A DNA stretch of 62,819 nucleotides, the filler included, from Craspedostauros australis (Eukaryota): assembly GCA_030167865.1 (NCBI GenBank). It is 11 parts of 11 records of this genome, joined end to end, with 100 filler letters (N's around TTAATTAATTAA, not from the genome) between each part and the next. Parts side by side here need not be neighbours in the genome. Positions count along the whole stretch, not along the records: positions 1 to 4,728 come from JALAGF010005763.1; positions 4,829 to 8,034 come from JALAGF010005764.1; positions 8,135 to 10,717 come from JALAGF010005765.1; positions 10,818 to 12,477 come from JALAGF010005766.1; 7 more parts are not named here. The stretch is one strand, 5' to 3'. Numbering within the stretch: position 1 is the first letter of the stretch; every line of letters begins with the position of its first letter. Below are positions 1 to 11,740 of the stretch, in pieces. Made by a program: the position numbers and the translations under genes. The notes beneath the pieces are model-generated. The model did not search any database. It saw only the letters and a list, made by a program, of their open reading frames with translations, and had not been told where the DNA came from.

Positions 1-415
1 AGCGTTATAGAGGATATTGCACATACATGTACTGTGGCAGAAGCCTGGGGTTACACGCATTATTATTAGTTCATCTATCTCACTCTTTTCCGCCCATTTC
101 GACTGTGCAAGTACAGCAATTCTGTTCTGCTGTTCAGCCTTGCCTCGGCTGCCGACCTATGCACAGATCATATTGTTTGNNNNNNNNNNNNNNNNNNNNN
201 NNNNNNNNNNNNNNNNNNNNNNNNNNNNNNNNNNNNNNNNNNNNNNNNNNNNNNNNNNNNNNNNNNNNNCTCATCTTCCTCTCGTTGAAGAGCTTCCATT
301 GCTTCCGACACGCTCATTGTCTCTCCTCTACTACATCCAGGGCTAGCGTTCATGACCTACTCTTCAATGGTTGCTGCTTCTTCTCCTCTGGATTGTTTCT
401 CCTCTTTATCTCCGA

Positions 416-2270
416 TTAGTTCTTGATAAGCGTGTGTGAGACTTGCTTTCGCATGTTGCTGCTCGCCTCCGATAGTTTCTTCGATTGCAGGTGCTTCGCT
501 GTCCGTGCCTGCAGTTGCTCCTGCTGTTTTTCTCCACTACCATTTGCTTCTCCACCTTTGGCGGGTACAGTCTCCACAGCATTCAGCACTGCTGCTGCAA
601 ACTTCTCTCTTCCGAGCTGCGCTTGTACCTTGTCTGCCCACCCTGCTTCATCTTGGTGAGCAATTTGGTGGCAAGAGTTTTGTATGATCACCGCATCCTC
701 TCCTTTTGCGACTTTCTTCAAAGCCACAGTGGGTGCGATGCCACATTTCTTCAGTCACTCCTGTCTCTCCCGCTTCATGAAGCCACAAGCATGAATGTAG
801 CACCCAGGGCAAATCCATCTTGTCCTGGCTGAACATACAATGCAAGTTCCTCTTCTGTTCGGGTTGTACCATGATATGTGCTCTCCCTCTTGTAATTGTT
901 TTGGAAGCTTTGTCTCCTCCTCCGAATGCAGGGAGGAGGACGAGCATACAAAGGGAATGAATTGCACAAACATTGTATTGGTTGACATGAGGACAAAGTC
1001 TGGCATGGTTGTAGTAATCGCGATTCGAAGGAAGGAGCAGGTAGGAATAGCAGTTCTGAGTGACGCAAACACACTCACCGATCACCAAAACACTCCCTTT
1101 CACACCATATATGTGATGTGCAACCTGCAGCATCTCTTCATCTGCTTTGATCAATGCACGATATGAAGGGCTGCGCGACTCCAAGAATATGTGGATGGTG
1201 CTTGGGATGCCATGGACCCAGTGTGCCTTTGTCTGATGCGCCTCTTCCTCCCTTTGCGTTTCAGCTGTTGTCCTTGTTTTCATTTCCACGATAACAACTT
1301 CGTCTGTTACATCGCTTGTGGGGTCTCCAGCAATACCAATGAAGTTGGCAGATGCGCGAGTGTAGCCTTTGCCGCCCTTCTTCACCAGGCCCACCCTAAA
1401 TGCTGCACTGAATTGGCTGCTTCCTCCAAGCATGCCCTGGCAGTCCATTGCCGCTCGCATCAGCAGCTCCTCATTCATGTGGCCGAGTCTGGCATACCTG
1501 TTCGCCCGACCTTTCTGTGGTGTCATGAACCATGGCATCAGCGCTGTTTTGGCATGTTTTTTCAGGCTCTTCAGGTTCTGGAAGTCTGCAGAGCAATGGA
1601 CCTCTGCCACATCCAGATTTGCATCGTCTGCTGTCATGGTCATCGGCCCGGCCACCAGAGGATCACTGGCTGCGGCTGGTGTCGCTGATGGTGCAGTAGT
1701 TTGTGTAGATTGGTTCGTTTCGATGATGCTGGTGTGGGATTGATTGTTGGTGGAATACTCCTCCTCTGCTCCCACCTTGTCAGTCTGCGATGCTTGCTCA
1801 TTGTTTTCCGATGCAACCGGATTCATATATCTAAACTCTGCGTTTGCGGAGTGCGATCGACGTGTTTGAGAGCCGCCATGCCAAGATGAGGCAGAGATCC
1901 AAGACCTAAGATCAGGTTGATCAACTGGGTATTGAAATGGATGGGTTGGGGAACCACAACAATCTGTGGTGNNNNNNNNNNNNNNNNNNNNNNNNNNNNN
2001 NNNNNNNNNNNNNNNNNNNNNACAGCTGAGTTGATGAACCTCATCAAGAAGCAATTCGTATATGTACCGACGGGCATTCCCCACCGAAACTGGGAACTCT
2101 TCATTGTCAGGGTCAAGAAGGAGCCAACAAGGATCCATGCTTGCCAGCCGTTCTGCCTCTGATTGGTTGTGCTCTTTGCATGGGGTGCTTGTGTTTGTTG
2201 TGGATGCAGCATCACCTGCAGTAGTTGCGCTGAAATTTTTGGTAGAGGCATTGGCGGTTGGCGTTGTCAT
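416..2270 (-). pseudogene. Decayed transposon-like gene: YqaJ/lambda-exonuclease-like PD-(D/E)XK domain followed by a piggyBac-type C-terminal Cys-rich domain
   Basis: ORF 648..2270 has RLGHMNEE, VGLVKK, RASANF, VVIVEMKT and MLQVAHH in YqaJ-like order. Frame 755..1078 has RRGTCIVCSARTRWICPGCYIHAC and continues in frame past a TGA (757-755) into ORF 416..727 (NSCHQIAH). Contains gaps and stops. Confidence 0.55.
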
Positions 2271-2509
2271 GGATGGAAGAAGGTTTCCTCATGATCCACN
2301 CTTGGCAATGTAGGAATCACCACTTCGATCAACATCAGCATCAATGTTATCAGCGCTGATGGCGTTGGATTCCAACACGCTATGCGTGTCCTCGTCGCTT
2401 TCAGCCATCAGGAGAACGAAGTACTTGATCACTGTCAAAGGTGTCGTCAACGCAGTTGGGGTCGAGGTGGTTGTCGTCGCTGTCGTCATCAGTCCAGTCA
2501 ACACTCCGT

Positions 2510-3476
2510 TTCACAAGGGATAGAAGGGATGTTGAAGCACGCATGATGCAGCAGAGTGATACAGAGTGTAGAAGGCAGCAATGATTCGTAGGTATGCAGA
2601 CGACAGTGTGGAACAAGGATTGGAAGGGGTTCAGATGGAATGAACATTGGAACGGATGCAGATGGAGAAAGATGAAATCCAACGGGTGTGTAGAAGACAC
2701 TGACAGGCAATGTGAAAGGGAGATTGCAAGGCGAGCGATGAAGCTGCGGAGCGCAGTCTTGGGTTTTCTGGTTGGCAACAGCTGGATCAAGCCATGGCCC
2801 ATCGCGGAGGCGAGTCTGGTGTGGTGACGGAGGATGACGTCCGGAAAGCCTGGCTGCGTTTTGGTTGGGTGGTACGAGACAAAGTTCTGTTTCGTGGAAG
2901 TGCGCAGAGCGGTGGAAGGTCTGGGCTGGAGGGTGGCATTGAGCGGTCTGATGGCGCAGGGCAGGCAACGGGGGATGAGCGTGTGGGTGACTACAGGACT
3001 GGACAGAATCGGATTGGACAGGAGGCCAGGAGTCCGGACGGCGACACCCACGTCCGCACATGGGCTATGGGGGTGACTCACTGCTGTTCAGCTGGGGGTG
3101 CGTGCATCGTGGCCTGGTGATGGTGCTCCAGGATACAAGGCCCACCTCCAGTGCCCTGTGTGGGGCTACACAATCTCCCAGGTTGCGCAGTGTACAGGCA
3201 CCTGGGTCTGTGGCTGTTAAAACGCGGAAATGACAGGAGTGCATATATTCGTGACATACTNNNNNNNNNNNNNNNNNNNNNNNNNNNNNNNNNNNNNNNN
3301 NNNNNNNNNNTGTGGCTGTTAAAACGCGGAAATGACAGGAGTGCATATATTCGTGACATACTCGACCTACCTGGTGCAGCCAGGCATGTGCGGGTGAGGC
3401 TAAAGCCCTCAGGCACTCCCTATTATGGGTTTAATTGTTGTGGGTTATTGTTATTGTTATTTTTATTATTATAATA
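2510..3476 (+). mobile_element. 5'-truncated, degenerate relic of an Ambal-like non-LTR element, or a derived non-autonomous element
   Basis: 3388-3476 (tgcgg..ctaaagccctcaggcactccc..ggg..gtgggttattgttatt) aligns by eye with the 3' end and (TTA)n tail of the LINE at 42393-42472. The upstream body is G-rich like that LINE's coding strand. The 5' boundary is approximate. Confidence 0.45.
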
Positions 3477-3636
3477 TTAATACGAGAGGGAAATGCACCA
3501 TGTGTTGTTGGGTTGGAAGAATAACGCGACAAAACACGCAGTGTGTAAAACATCACGAGGAATCNNNNNNNNNNNNNNNNNNNNNNNNNNNNNNNNNNNN
3601 NNNNNNNNNNNNNNNNNNNNNNNNNNNNNNNNNNNN

Positions 3637-3757
3637 GTGCTCGTAAGTGGATTGGTGAGTCCACTTACGTAACTGGATCGGTGAGTCCACTTACGAAGCA
3701 ACAAAAATGCCAAGTGGATTGGTGAGTCCACTTAGCACTAAACGGACTCACGAGTCC
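3637..3757. repeat. Cluster of short palindromic repeats
   Basis: Three copies of aa(g/c)tggat(t/c)ggtgagtccactt at about 3642-3669, 3668-3695 and 3712-3733. The first has a perfect 10-bp inverted repeat cgtaagtgga/tccacttacg. Also ggactc-ac-gagtcc at 3744-3757. Confidence 0.8.
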
Positions 3758-4728
3758 TTTTATTTTCCTCACGGATATGCACATTCCAAAAACGGACGCC
3801 AATGCCAATGCAGATGTTCTATCGGCAGTAGCCATAGCAGGAGCAATAGCAATGAACACGCATGTATCAACAGCATGAACTGCGCTGTCTTGTCTTCATG
3901 CCAATACTCTATACTCCATTCTTCCTCCATCTCGCCGATCGTTTCCTCGAGCTGTTCCGTCAATGACCTGAGAGCGTGAAGCATCAGACGTTCCGGTATC
4001 TGCTGGTACTCCAACTGTTGCTGCGGCATAGGTTGGGAGAACGGTGCAACGAGTATGCTGCCCCACTGGCACACTCTCCTACTCGCACGCTGCCAACTCC
4101 GTCACTGACTGGTACCTACACCCGACCTTTCAGCCTCTTGAGGTTGGAGATGGTCACAAGTGATGCTAACCGCTTCCAAAGCAACGTGAGCGTGGACCGG
4201 GATGACGACGAGGAAGAGGACGATATCATGACATGGCATGACGACGGCATGCCGACGGCAACAGTGCTACGGCTAGTATCAACAATCATTACCGCGCAGC
4301 TTCATTCGGATGCACTTGATGCGTGGCACAGATTACATCCGTAGGTTGGAGTGGATGGGTAGGCAAGAGCAAAGGTCTACTAGAACAGTATCGTACTCGA
4401 AGAGTATCCGTACGAGTATTGTATTACATCATGTTGTATTGCATTGCATTGCGCCAAGTCTGTTCCTACGTATGGGTAACGATGAGTCGACAATCCATGC
4501 TCATTCATTTTCTAATTGCTAACTAATGCCGCGCAGATCGATACTTCCTTAGAGCCACTCTTCTCTGTGCTTCCTCATGTTCCCTCATGCTTCCTCATCT
4601 CCTGATCCATCAGATATCGACTGTGATCTCTTCGTGTCTGATGTTTGCATGTCGCTGACCATCTTCCATGGGGCGTGCTCCACCAAGGCGGCGCCCTTCG
4701 CTGCTGAGCCCTTCCTCATCAGCGCAAA

Positions 4729-4828
4729 NNNNNNNNNNNNNNNNNNNNNNNNNNNNNNNNNNNNNNNNNNNNTTAATTAATTAANNNNNNNNNNNNNNNN
4801 NNNNNNNNNNNNNNNNNNNNNNNNNNNN
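4729..4828. other. Artificial assembly spacer (first of ten)
   Basis: 44 N + TTAATTAATTAA + 44 N. The same 12-mer is at 4773, 8079, 10762, 12522, 14103, 15742, 27324, 50352, 53469 and 60382, and gives stops in all six frames. Confidence 0.97.
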
Positions 4829-5975
4829 TTCCGAAACAGAAACTCCAACAACAGGAACCTTCCGTGTCGTGTCTGTGAACAGCACGCTCGCGACACACCA
4901 ACACACCAACACATCTCAAGAGCGACCACAAAAAGAGATCCCGGACAAGAGACTATTTGTTCAGCCGATCCACCTTGTGGAGGATGTTGAAGATGTCAAC
5001 GCTGTCTCGCACTGTCATGCAGACATGGAGACTCTGGGACACGTGGCATTGAATTTCGATTGTTCCCTCGCCACTCCGTCGCTTCGTCACTTCATCACTG
5101 AATTCAAACTTGTGACCTCCAGCTTCTGGATTTGTTTGTTTCAAAGGAAGATACTTGCTCATGCAGGTCATGTGGCTTGCTCAGGTTGTTTCTCTCCCTT
5201 GGTGCCGATGTGGAGACAGACCACATGCGAGTACCTACTCGCAATGGCAATGTGTTGGTGGTTGATGCTCTGACATAGTAACCGAAGATATGAAGAACGC
5301 CCCACCTTGCCTTACCGTACGGTACCGTACCGGTACTTACTCGTTTGGTGTCATTCCACCCTTCGCTTCTCTCCACTCTTCTTGCTCCTCTTTCCTTCCC
5401 TCTCCTTTTCTCATCCCTTTCTCATCTCATCTCCACTGCCCTCATGCACGAGTGCTCCGCATTCCGCGTTCCTCGTTCGTCGCGCTTACGTCACTATCTT
5501 GATGTCGATGCAGCATGTTGTCATCCAAGACAGGCACAATCGTGCTGATCTTCATGGATTCGCATCCTCCATATCTGTCGCAGTCGCCAAAGCGGATTAA
5601 GTTTCCTGGAATTACGGTTGCACTTGAGATGGTACAGATACGTATGTTGACACTAATGCTGATGATGACAGTACTCGCATCATGCCATCAGTGCTGTCGT
5701 CATCATCACCATCATCATCATCATCATCATCCCATCAGCCATTCTGGATCATGAATTCATGAACAGGCAAGGACCACAAGCACGGGTTGGTACTTGTATT
5801 ATTAGTGGCGGCATTCCCAGCATGTACTAATACAAGCGGCACGGTCAGCGGAACCAAACTCCGAAGAGACCCAATTGATCTCACAATTTCGTTTTCGAAC
5901 CAAACCAAACAACAGCAGCAGCAACAACAACAGCAACAACATCGAAAGAAACACAGACACCACCGCAAAGTCAAC

Positions 5976-8034
5976 ATGAGCAAGGATATCAAAAACAACA
6001 ACGGCGACGGCAATGACGGACCAAAGAAGGTCGACAACATGCTGCGCCTCCCTTCCAACGCCGAGCTCATCGAAGGTGCAGGCAAGGTCACGATGGATGA
6101 ACCGCAGATGTGGGGACGTGGCATCGTCAACGACATCAAGCGCACCGTCGGAACCCACTGGGTGGAGGTACGTCCTGATGCATACTGGTACCAGAGAGTA
6201 GTGTGCGATTACAAACACATGTTAGTCTCATATGTGCTCTCGTGTTGCACACAACACATCGCATGTATACAATGGCTCTGCTGTCACTCGCCCACCATGC
6301 ATTCGCACGCATTCGTACGCATCCTCACTCACCAGCTTCCACCACCTTCATCTTCGTCTTCATCATCTTATATCGCTCATCACCCAAATACCCCATTGCA
6401 CCGCAATCACCACCAACCGACCATCTACCACCCATGCATTAACCATGCATTCAACAGGAAATGACCAACTTCAACCAGAAGACCATCGCTGTCACCTTCC
6501 TCGTCTTCATCTCCGTCATCGCTCCCACTCTCACCTTCGGAGCTGTCTACGGAAAGGCAACCGAAAACAACATCGGCGCCATCGAGACCATCATCGCCAC
6601 AGCCTGGGTCGGTGTCGTCTACAGTCTCATCGGCGGAATGCCCACCTGCATCGTCGGATCCACCGGTCCGGTCCTCGCATTCTCCACCGTCATCTACAAC
6701 ATGTCAAAGTCCCTCGATGTTCCCTTCCTCACCTTCAACGCGTGGGTCAGCGTGTGGCTCTTCGCCTACACCCTCATCGCCGGCTTCTTCGACCTCACCC
6801 GATACGTGCGATTGGCCACCCGCTTCACNGACGAGATCTTCGCNCTCCTCATCGTCAGCATCTTCGTGATGGACGCCATCGGCGATCCATTCAGCGACGT
6901 CGGCATTCTCCACTACATGAACCCTGACCACGAATCGCACACAGAGCTCGAAGAGGAGGATCCAGACTACAGCTACATCTCCACTGGATTCCTGAGCGTG
7001 ATCCTCGGACTTGGAACCACCTCCTTGATCTTCTTCTTCCGTGGATTCCGTCATTCTCCATTCTTCTGCAACGACGGCATCCGCACGTCCATCCATGATT
7101 TCTCCGTCACGCTGTCGGTCGTCGTGTGGACTCTCGTCAGGGAGCTCATCTTCGAACACGTCGAAACCGAGTCGCTCAGCGTCCCAGATGAAATCGAACC
7201 GACTTTCGCTTGCTGCGATTCCTCCTGCAACACNTTCTTCCCAGATGACTGCGAAGGTCAGGCCGAGGCCGCTGGAACACGATCATGGTTGGTTGACTTT
7301 GGCGACCTCAACGGAAAGAACTGGATTCCCATCATGGCGGCCGCTCCTGCCATCCTTGCCTTCGTGCTTTGCTACCTCGACAACGGCATCACGTGGCATC
7401 TCATCAACCACAAGAGCCACAACTTGAAGCACGGAGAAGCGTACAACTACGATCTGTGTCTCAATGGATTCTTCAACTTCGTCAACGGCCTGCTGGGACT
7501 GCCATGGNTGGTGGCCACCACCGTTCCATGCATCATCCACCTGAATGCCCTGGCCGACAAGGACCGTGACGGNAACTTCCTCGAGGTACAGGAGACCCGC
7601 CTCACCATGTTCTTCTCCCACCTCATGGTCGGGCTGTCTCTCCTGGTCCTCAACGTCCTCAAGCTCCTCCCGCTGCCAGTCCTGTACGGAGTGTTCCTCT
7701 TCATGGGTCTCTCCAGCTTGCCCAACATCCAGTTCTGGAATCGCTTCCTCCTCTTCTTCCAGCAACCATCCAAGTACGCCAAGAACTGCTACACCGAGCA
7801 CATGGAGAAGAGGCGCATCCACATGTACACCATCCTTCAGATCGGCTTCTTCGCTTTGGTGTTCCTGGTGCAGAACTTGAAGGCGATCGCCATCATCTTC
7901 CCATTGATGACCTTGCTTTGCATCCCGGCGCGCCTTTACCTGCTCCCATACTTCTTCGAGGGATGGGAGCTCCTGTTGTTGGACGGCGAGGACGAGAGCA
8001 TCGAGCAATGGGCGGAAGCGAAGGAGCAGTCCGT
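5976..8034 (+). CDS. SLC4: SLC4-family bicarbonate transporter (diatom type), 2 exons, 3' end lost in gap
   Basis: Exon 1 is 5976-6167 (..GIVNDIKRTVGTHWVE), intron 6168-6457 is GTACGT..CAG in phase 0, exon 2 starts at 6458 (EMTNFNQKT..APTLTFG..). SLC4/BOR motifs: GSTGP, ATRFxDEIF, AYNYDL, ATTVPC, VQETR, VLYGVFLFMG, AIIFPLM; many TM segments. Confidence 0.95.
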
Positions 8035-8134
8035 NNNNNNNNNNNNNNNNNNNNNNNNNNNNNNNNNNNNNNNNNNNNTTAATTAATTAANNNNNNNNNN
8101 NNNNNNNNNNNNNNNNNNNNNNNNNNNNNNNNNN

Positions 8135-8624
8135 GCCTTCCAGACGGATTGGAGGCCTCATACTTCGTGACCAGACACTTTGGGGTGTGTTGTAAGTGGG
8201 CGCCGGGTTGGATTTCATGGTGATTGACATTTGCTATGCACATATGGGCAATCTACTGCACAGCATTGTGCGTAGGCCATCGCACGACCACCCACAACAC
8301 CACTCGAAATCTAGATTCTCAGATTTGACTACCTTCCAGATGGATTGGAGGCCTCATACTTCGTGACCAGGTACTTTGGGGTGTGTTGTAAGTTCCCGCT
8401 GGGTTGGATTCGATTGTGGTTGACATTTATAGGCACATATGGGCAATCTACTGTACACTATGGCACGTAGGTCACAGTACTGTCACCCACAGCACCACTC
8501 GATATCTAGATTCTCAGATTTGACTACCTTCCAGACGGATCTAAGACCTCATACTCCGTGACCAGATCCTTTGGGGTGTGTTGGAAGTGGGCGCCAGGTT
8601 GGTTTGGATTCTGGTCGACATTTT
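8135..8624. repeat. Tandem repeat (satellite-like), unit about 195-196 bp, about 2.5 diverged copies
   Basis: The unit start ccttccaga(c/t)ggat recurs near 8136, 8332 and 8527, with shared ctttggggtgtgttg and tctagattctcagatttgacta. The third unit is cut at 8624 by an LTR. Confidence 0.9.
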
Positions 8625-9489
8625 TGTTGGCAAGTTCCGCTCATGGTAACCTACGAACGTGGAAGATGGTGTTGGTTGATAGTCGTCTGTTTGCTATTTC
8701 ATTACGTTGGCACTCCGATACTCTCGGTGTCCGTTTGTTCTCTTGCCCGATGCTCTGGGCGCTTCAATCTGTTTCGTAGATTCGGTCTCTGACTATGAGT
8801 CGGCACGCGAAATGCTCTCTCGCTCTCTCTGTATTCTCTCTCTCTCTCTCTCTCAACATCGTGTGCTCATGCTACACGATACTTCCGTGTTCAATGCGTG
8901 CTCCGCATTCGACACTCTGTTCATTCAGTACTGGCTTCTACTCCATGAGTACTTACCATTTGAAGTTCACCTTCAGTATCCATGATGCTGATGCCCTCTT
9001 CAGTCATCGGATCTTCGCCTCTTGCTCTGACTTGGAGACAGCTGTCGACGTGGTGACATGTTGACATCCTGTCGACGTCAGTGGGTGTCCTTCTGCTCTC
9101 CAGATGTCACGTTCCATTGGTGATGCAGTANNNNNNNNNNNNNNNNNNNNNNNNNNNNNNNNNNNNNNNNNNNNNNNNNNGGTGATGCAGTAGTCTGTCA
9201 GATGATATCGTCATCTGAGGTTTAGTTGGGAAGTACCTCGAGATTCTCTTGGTACCATTGATGCGTGGACGGACGATCTTCTGATTCTCTCAGAAATCGT
9301 CATTTGCAAATTTCCTCCAGAAATCTTGCCCCTTTTCGTGTGTTCCATTTCCCCTGTAATTCTGACGAATNNNNNNNNNNNNNNNNNNNNNNNNNNNNNN
9401 NNNNNNNNNNNNNNNNNNNNNNNNNNNNNNNNNNNNNNNNNNNNNNNNNNNNNNNNNNNNNNNNNNNNNNNNNNNNNNNNNNNTCGACA
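8625..9489 (-). mobile_element. 3' LTR of a Ty1/copia element (contains gaps)
   Basis: On the minus strand the polypurine tract AGGAAGGG (9497-9490) is followed by TGTCGA at 9489, and the LTR ends GGAACTTGCCAACA at 8625. The last ~107 bp match 20858-20963. Confidence 0.8.
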
Positions 9490-9509
9490 CCCTTCCTGTG
9501 TGCATTCGG

Positions 9510-10717
9510 TCATTCGAATGTTCTCGATGTATCAAGGTACGACTTCTCATGTTCACATTGTAAGTCGGCCTTGATGTTCTTGGTGAATCCGTCGCTTGTG
9601 TTCTGCTCGGATTTGACGAAAATGATTTCGATGGTTTGTTGATTACCATGTTCCTCACGTAGTGATGGCGCACGTCGATGTGCCGCGATTGTTGGGATGT
9701 TGATGGGTTCTTGGCAATGAAGATTGCTCCAATGTTGTCCACACGGACCTTGATCGGTGTCTTCACTGGGACGCCCACACTTTCGAGTAGCTGCATAACA
9801 AAGAAGATTTCCTTTGCCGCTTCGGAAAGGGCAANGTATTCTGCTTTGGATGAGCTGAGTGTGACGGCCTTCTGTGCNTTGGATCGCCAAAGGATTGGTA
9901 CCTTGCACAGGTATAGGATGAATCCCCCTACGCTGATTCTCGTGTTCTTGTCTCCTGCATATTCGCTATTGTAGAAGAGCTCCATGTCCCAGCCGTCGTC
10001 GTCTGGATGTGCTGGATGGATTTTCAATCCATAGTCCTTTGTATCAATCACGTACTTGATGATTCGATACATCTCCTTCATTGCGGCCTTGGTGGGCCCG
10101 ATCAATACCTTGGAGAGTTCCCTCACAGGGTTCGCGATATCTGGTCGCGAGTGCTTGATGAGGAAGAGTAGCATACCGACGCCTCGGCGATATTCGGCAT
10201 GTTCTTCCAGTCCGACCTTCTGCAGTCCGTTATCTTTGGATGGTCGTACGATGATTTGACCCGGGGTTCCTGGTGTCCCATAGCGTTGCATCTTCTCAAC
10301 CTTGGTTCCGAACTCTTTGATGAGATGTCGGATGAGATGTGGTTGACGCAACGTTGCTCTGGTCTTGTCATGGTTCAGTTCGATGTTGCAGCTGAGGTAN
10401 NNNNNNNNNNNNNNNNNNNNNNNNNNNNNNNNNNNNNNNNNNNNNNNNNNNNNNNNNNNNNNNNNNNNNNNNNNNNNNNNNNNNNNNNNNNNNNNNNNNN
10501 NNNNNNNNNNNNNNNNNNNNNNNNNNNNNNNNNNNNNNNNNNNNNNNAACAGGCACGGGTCTGCTGCGCTCTGTTCGAAGTTGATATTCTTGAGGGTCGA
10601 TACCAACATCTTGAACCATTGCCTGGCGCTCTACACAAGTCCGTAGATTGGCTTGTGTAGGGTCAGGGCTTCGTCTGGTTGATGATCCATCCCGTTGGGA
10701 CAGTTCATGTAGATCTC
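9510..10717 (-). pseudogene. Ty1/copia pol fragment (RT C-terminal half + RNase H), frameshifted
   Basis: IYGLV, YRRGVGMLLFL..SRPDIANPVRELS, AVTLSSSKAEY, VRVDNIGAIFIA, SRHIDVRHHYVR; frameshift near 9655 into FVKSEQNTSDGFTKN. The first RNase H motif is degenerate (YNSEYAGD). Confidence 0.93.
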
Positions 10718-10817
10718 NNNNNNNNNNNNNNNNNNNNNNNNNNNNNNNNNNNNNNNNNNNNTTAATTAATTAANNNNNNNNNNNNNNNNNNNNNNNNNNN
10801 NNNNNNNNNNNNNNNNN

Positions 10818-11740
10818 CAATGACAGTCTTTGTAGTGAATTGATTGTCCATGGCGACAACATGCTTGTCAGCAGGATTGAGTTTGGCAAGCAGCTCTGTG
10901 ATGGTGTTGTTGATCCTGGTGGTTTTGTCCAGGCGCCCCGATGGCAGCACATGGAACATGAACCCCGAGGCTGAGCAACAAAGGGAATAGAATTTGTAGC
11001 CTTCCTTGATTGGCTTCTGCTGCATGCNNNNNNNNNNNNNNNNNNNNNNNNNNNNNNNNNNNNNNNNNNNNNNNNNNNNNNNNNNNNNNNNNNNNNNNNN
11101 NNNNNNNNNNNNNNNNNNNNNNNNNNNNNNNNNNNNNNNNNNNNNNNNNNNNNNNNNNNNNNNNNNATCCATTTGTATTGCTGGATGATAGTTGGAGGAT
11201 GGTTTCCGTTGTGATAGTGTGGATGCTCTTGCCTCCCTGCTTGGGATCTGTGGGCTACCAGCAGCATGCTCCTCAGATTCTGGTGGCAACCCTTCTGACA
11301 CTCCTGATGCATTCAGTTCCCAAGCTGGAACAAAGTCCATGGGGCTCATGGCATCCTCAGCTTCTGGTGGTTCAGCTGCAGTCTCCACTGACAATTCAGA
11401 CACTTTGTCCAAGGTTGGCAATGCAGTGAAGTACATATGCTTCCATACCATTTCATATCTTGCTCTGGACATGTATGTCATGAGTAGATGAGTTGGAACA
11501 GAGATCCAGGCAGCTCTCCAGTAGTCAATTTTTGCTGGAACTCAGAAGAATCCCATTTAGTAGTCCATGGAAAAGAAGATGTACAGCTCAGGGGCAGTGA
11601 TGGCAGTTGCCATCGATTTGATGTTGCAAAGATGGCTGTTGGTGTGGAATTGGATCTTCTCCAGTAGTGAAACTGGAAAGAAGATTTCTAGGATAGTGTC
11701 AATGTTCATTTCCACATTGCGGATGGGCTGAACGCGCAGT
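10818..11740 (-). pseudogene. piggyBac-type DDD transposase pseudogene
   Basis: ITAPELYIFFSMDY*MGFF*VPAKIDYW (about 11600-11518), then MSRARYEMVWKHMYF, KPIKEGYKFYSLC and VVAMDNQFTT. In-frame stops and gaps; 5' boundary approximate. Confidence 0.85.

Noticed and set aside
3209..3362. Direct repeat tgtggctgttaaaacgcgg..gacatact on both sides of a gap
   Set aside because: Identical sequence flanking a 50-N gap is most simply an unmerged contig overlap.
3642..3733. CRISPR-like array
   Set aside because: Repeats overlap or are unevenly spaced, there are no unique spacers or cas genes, and the context is eukaryotic.
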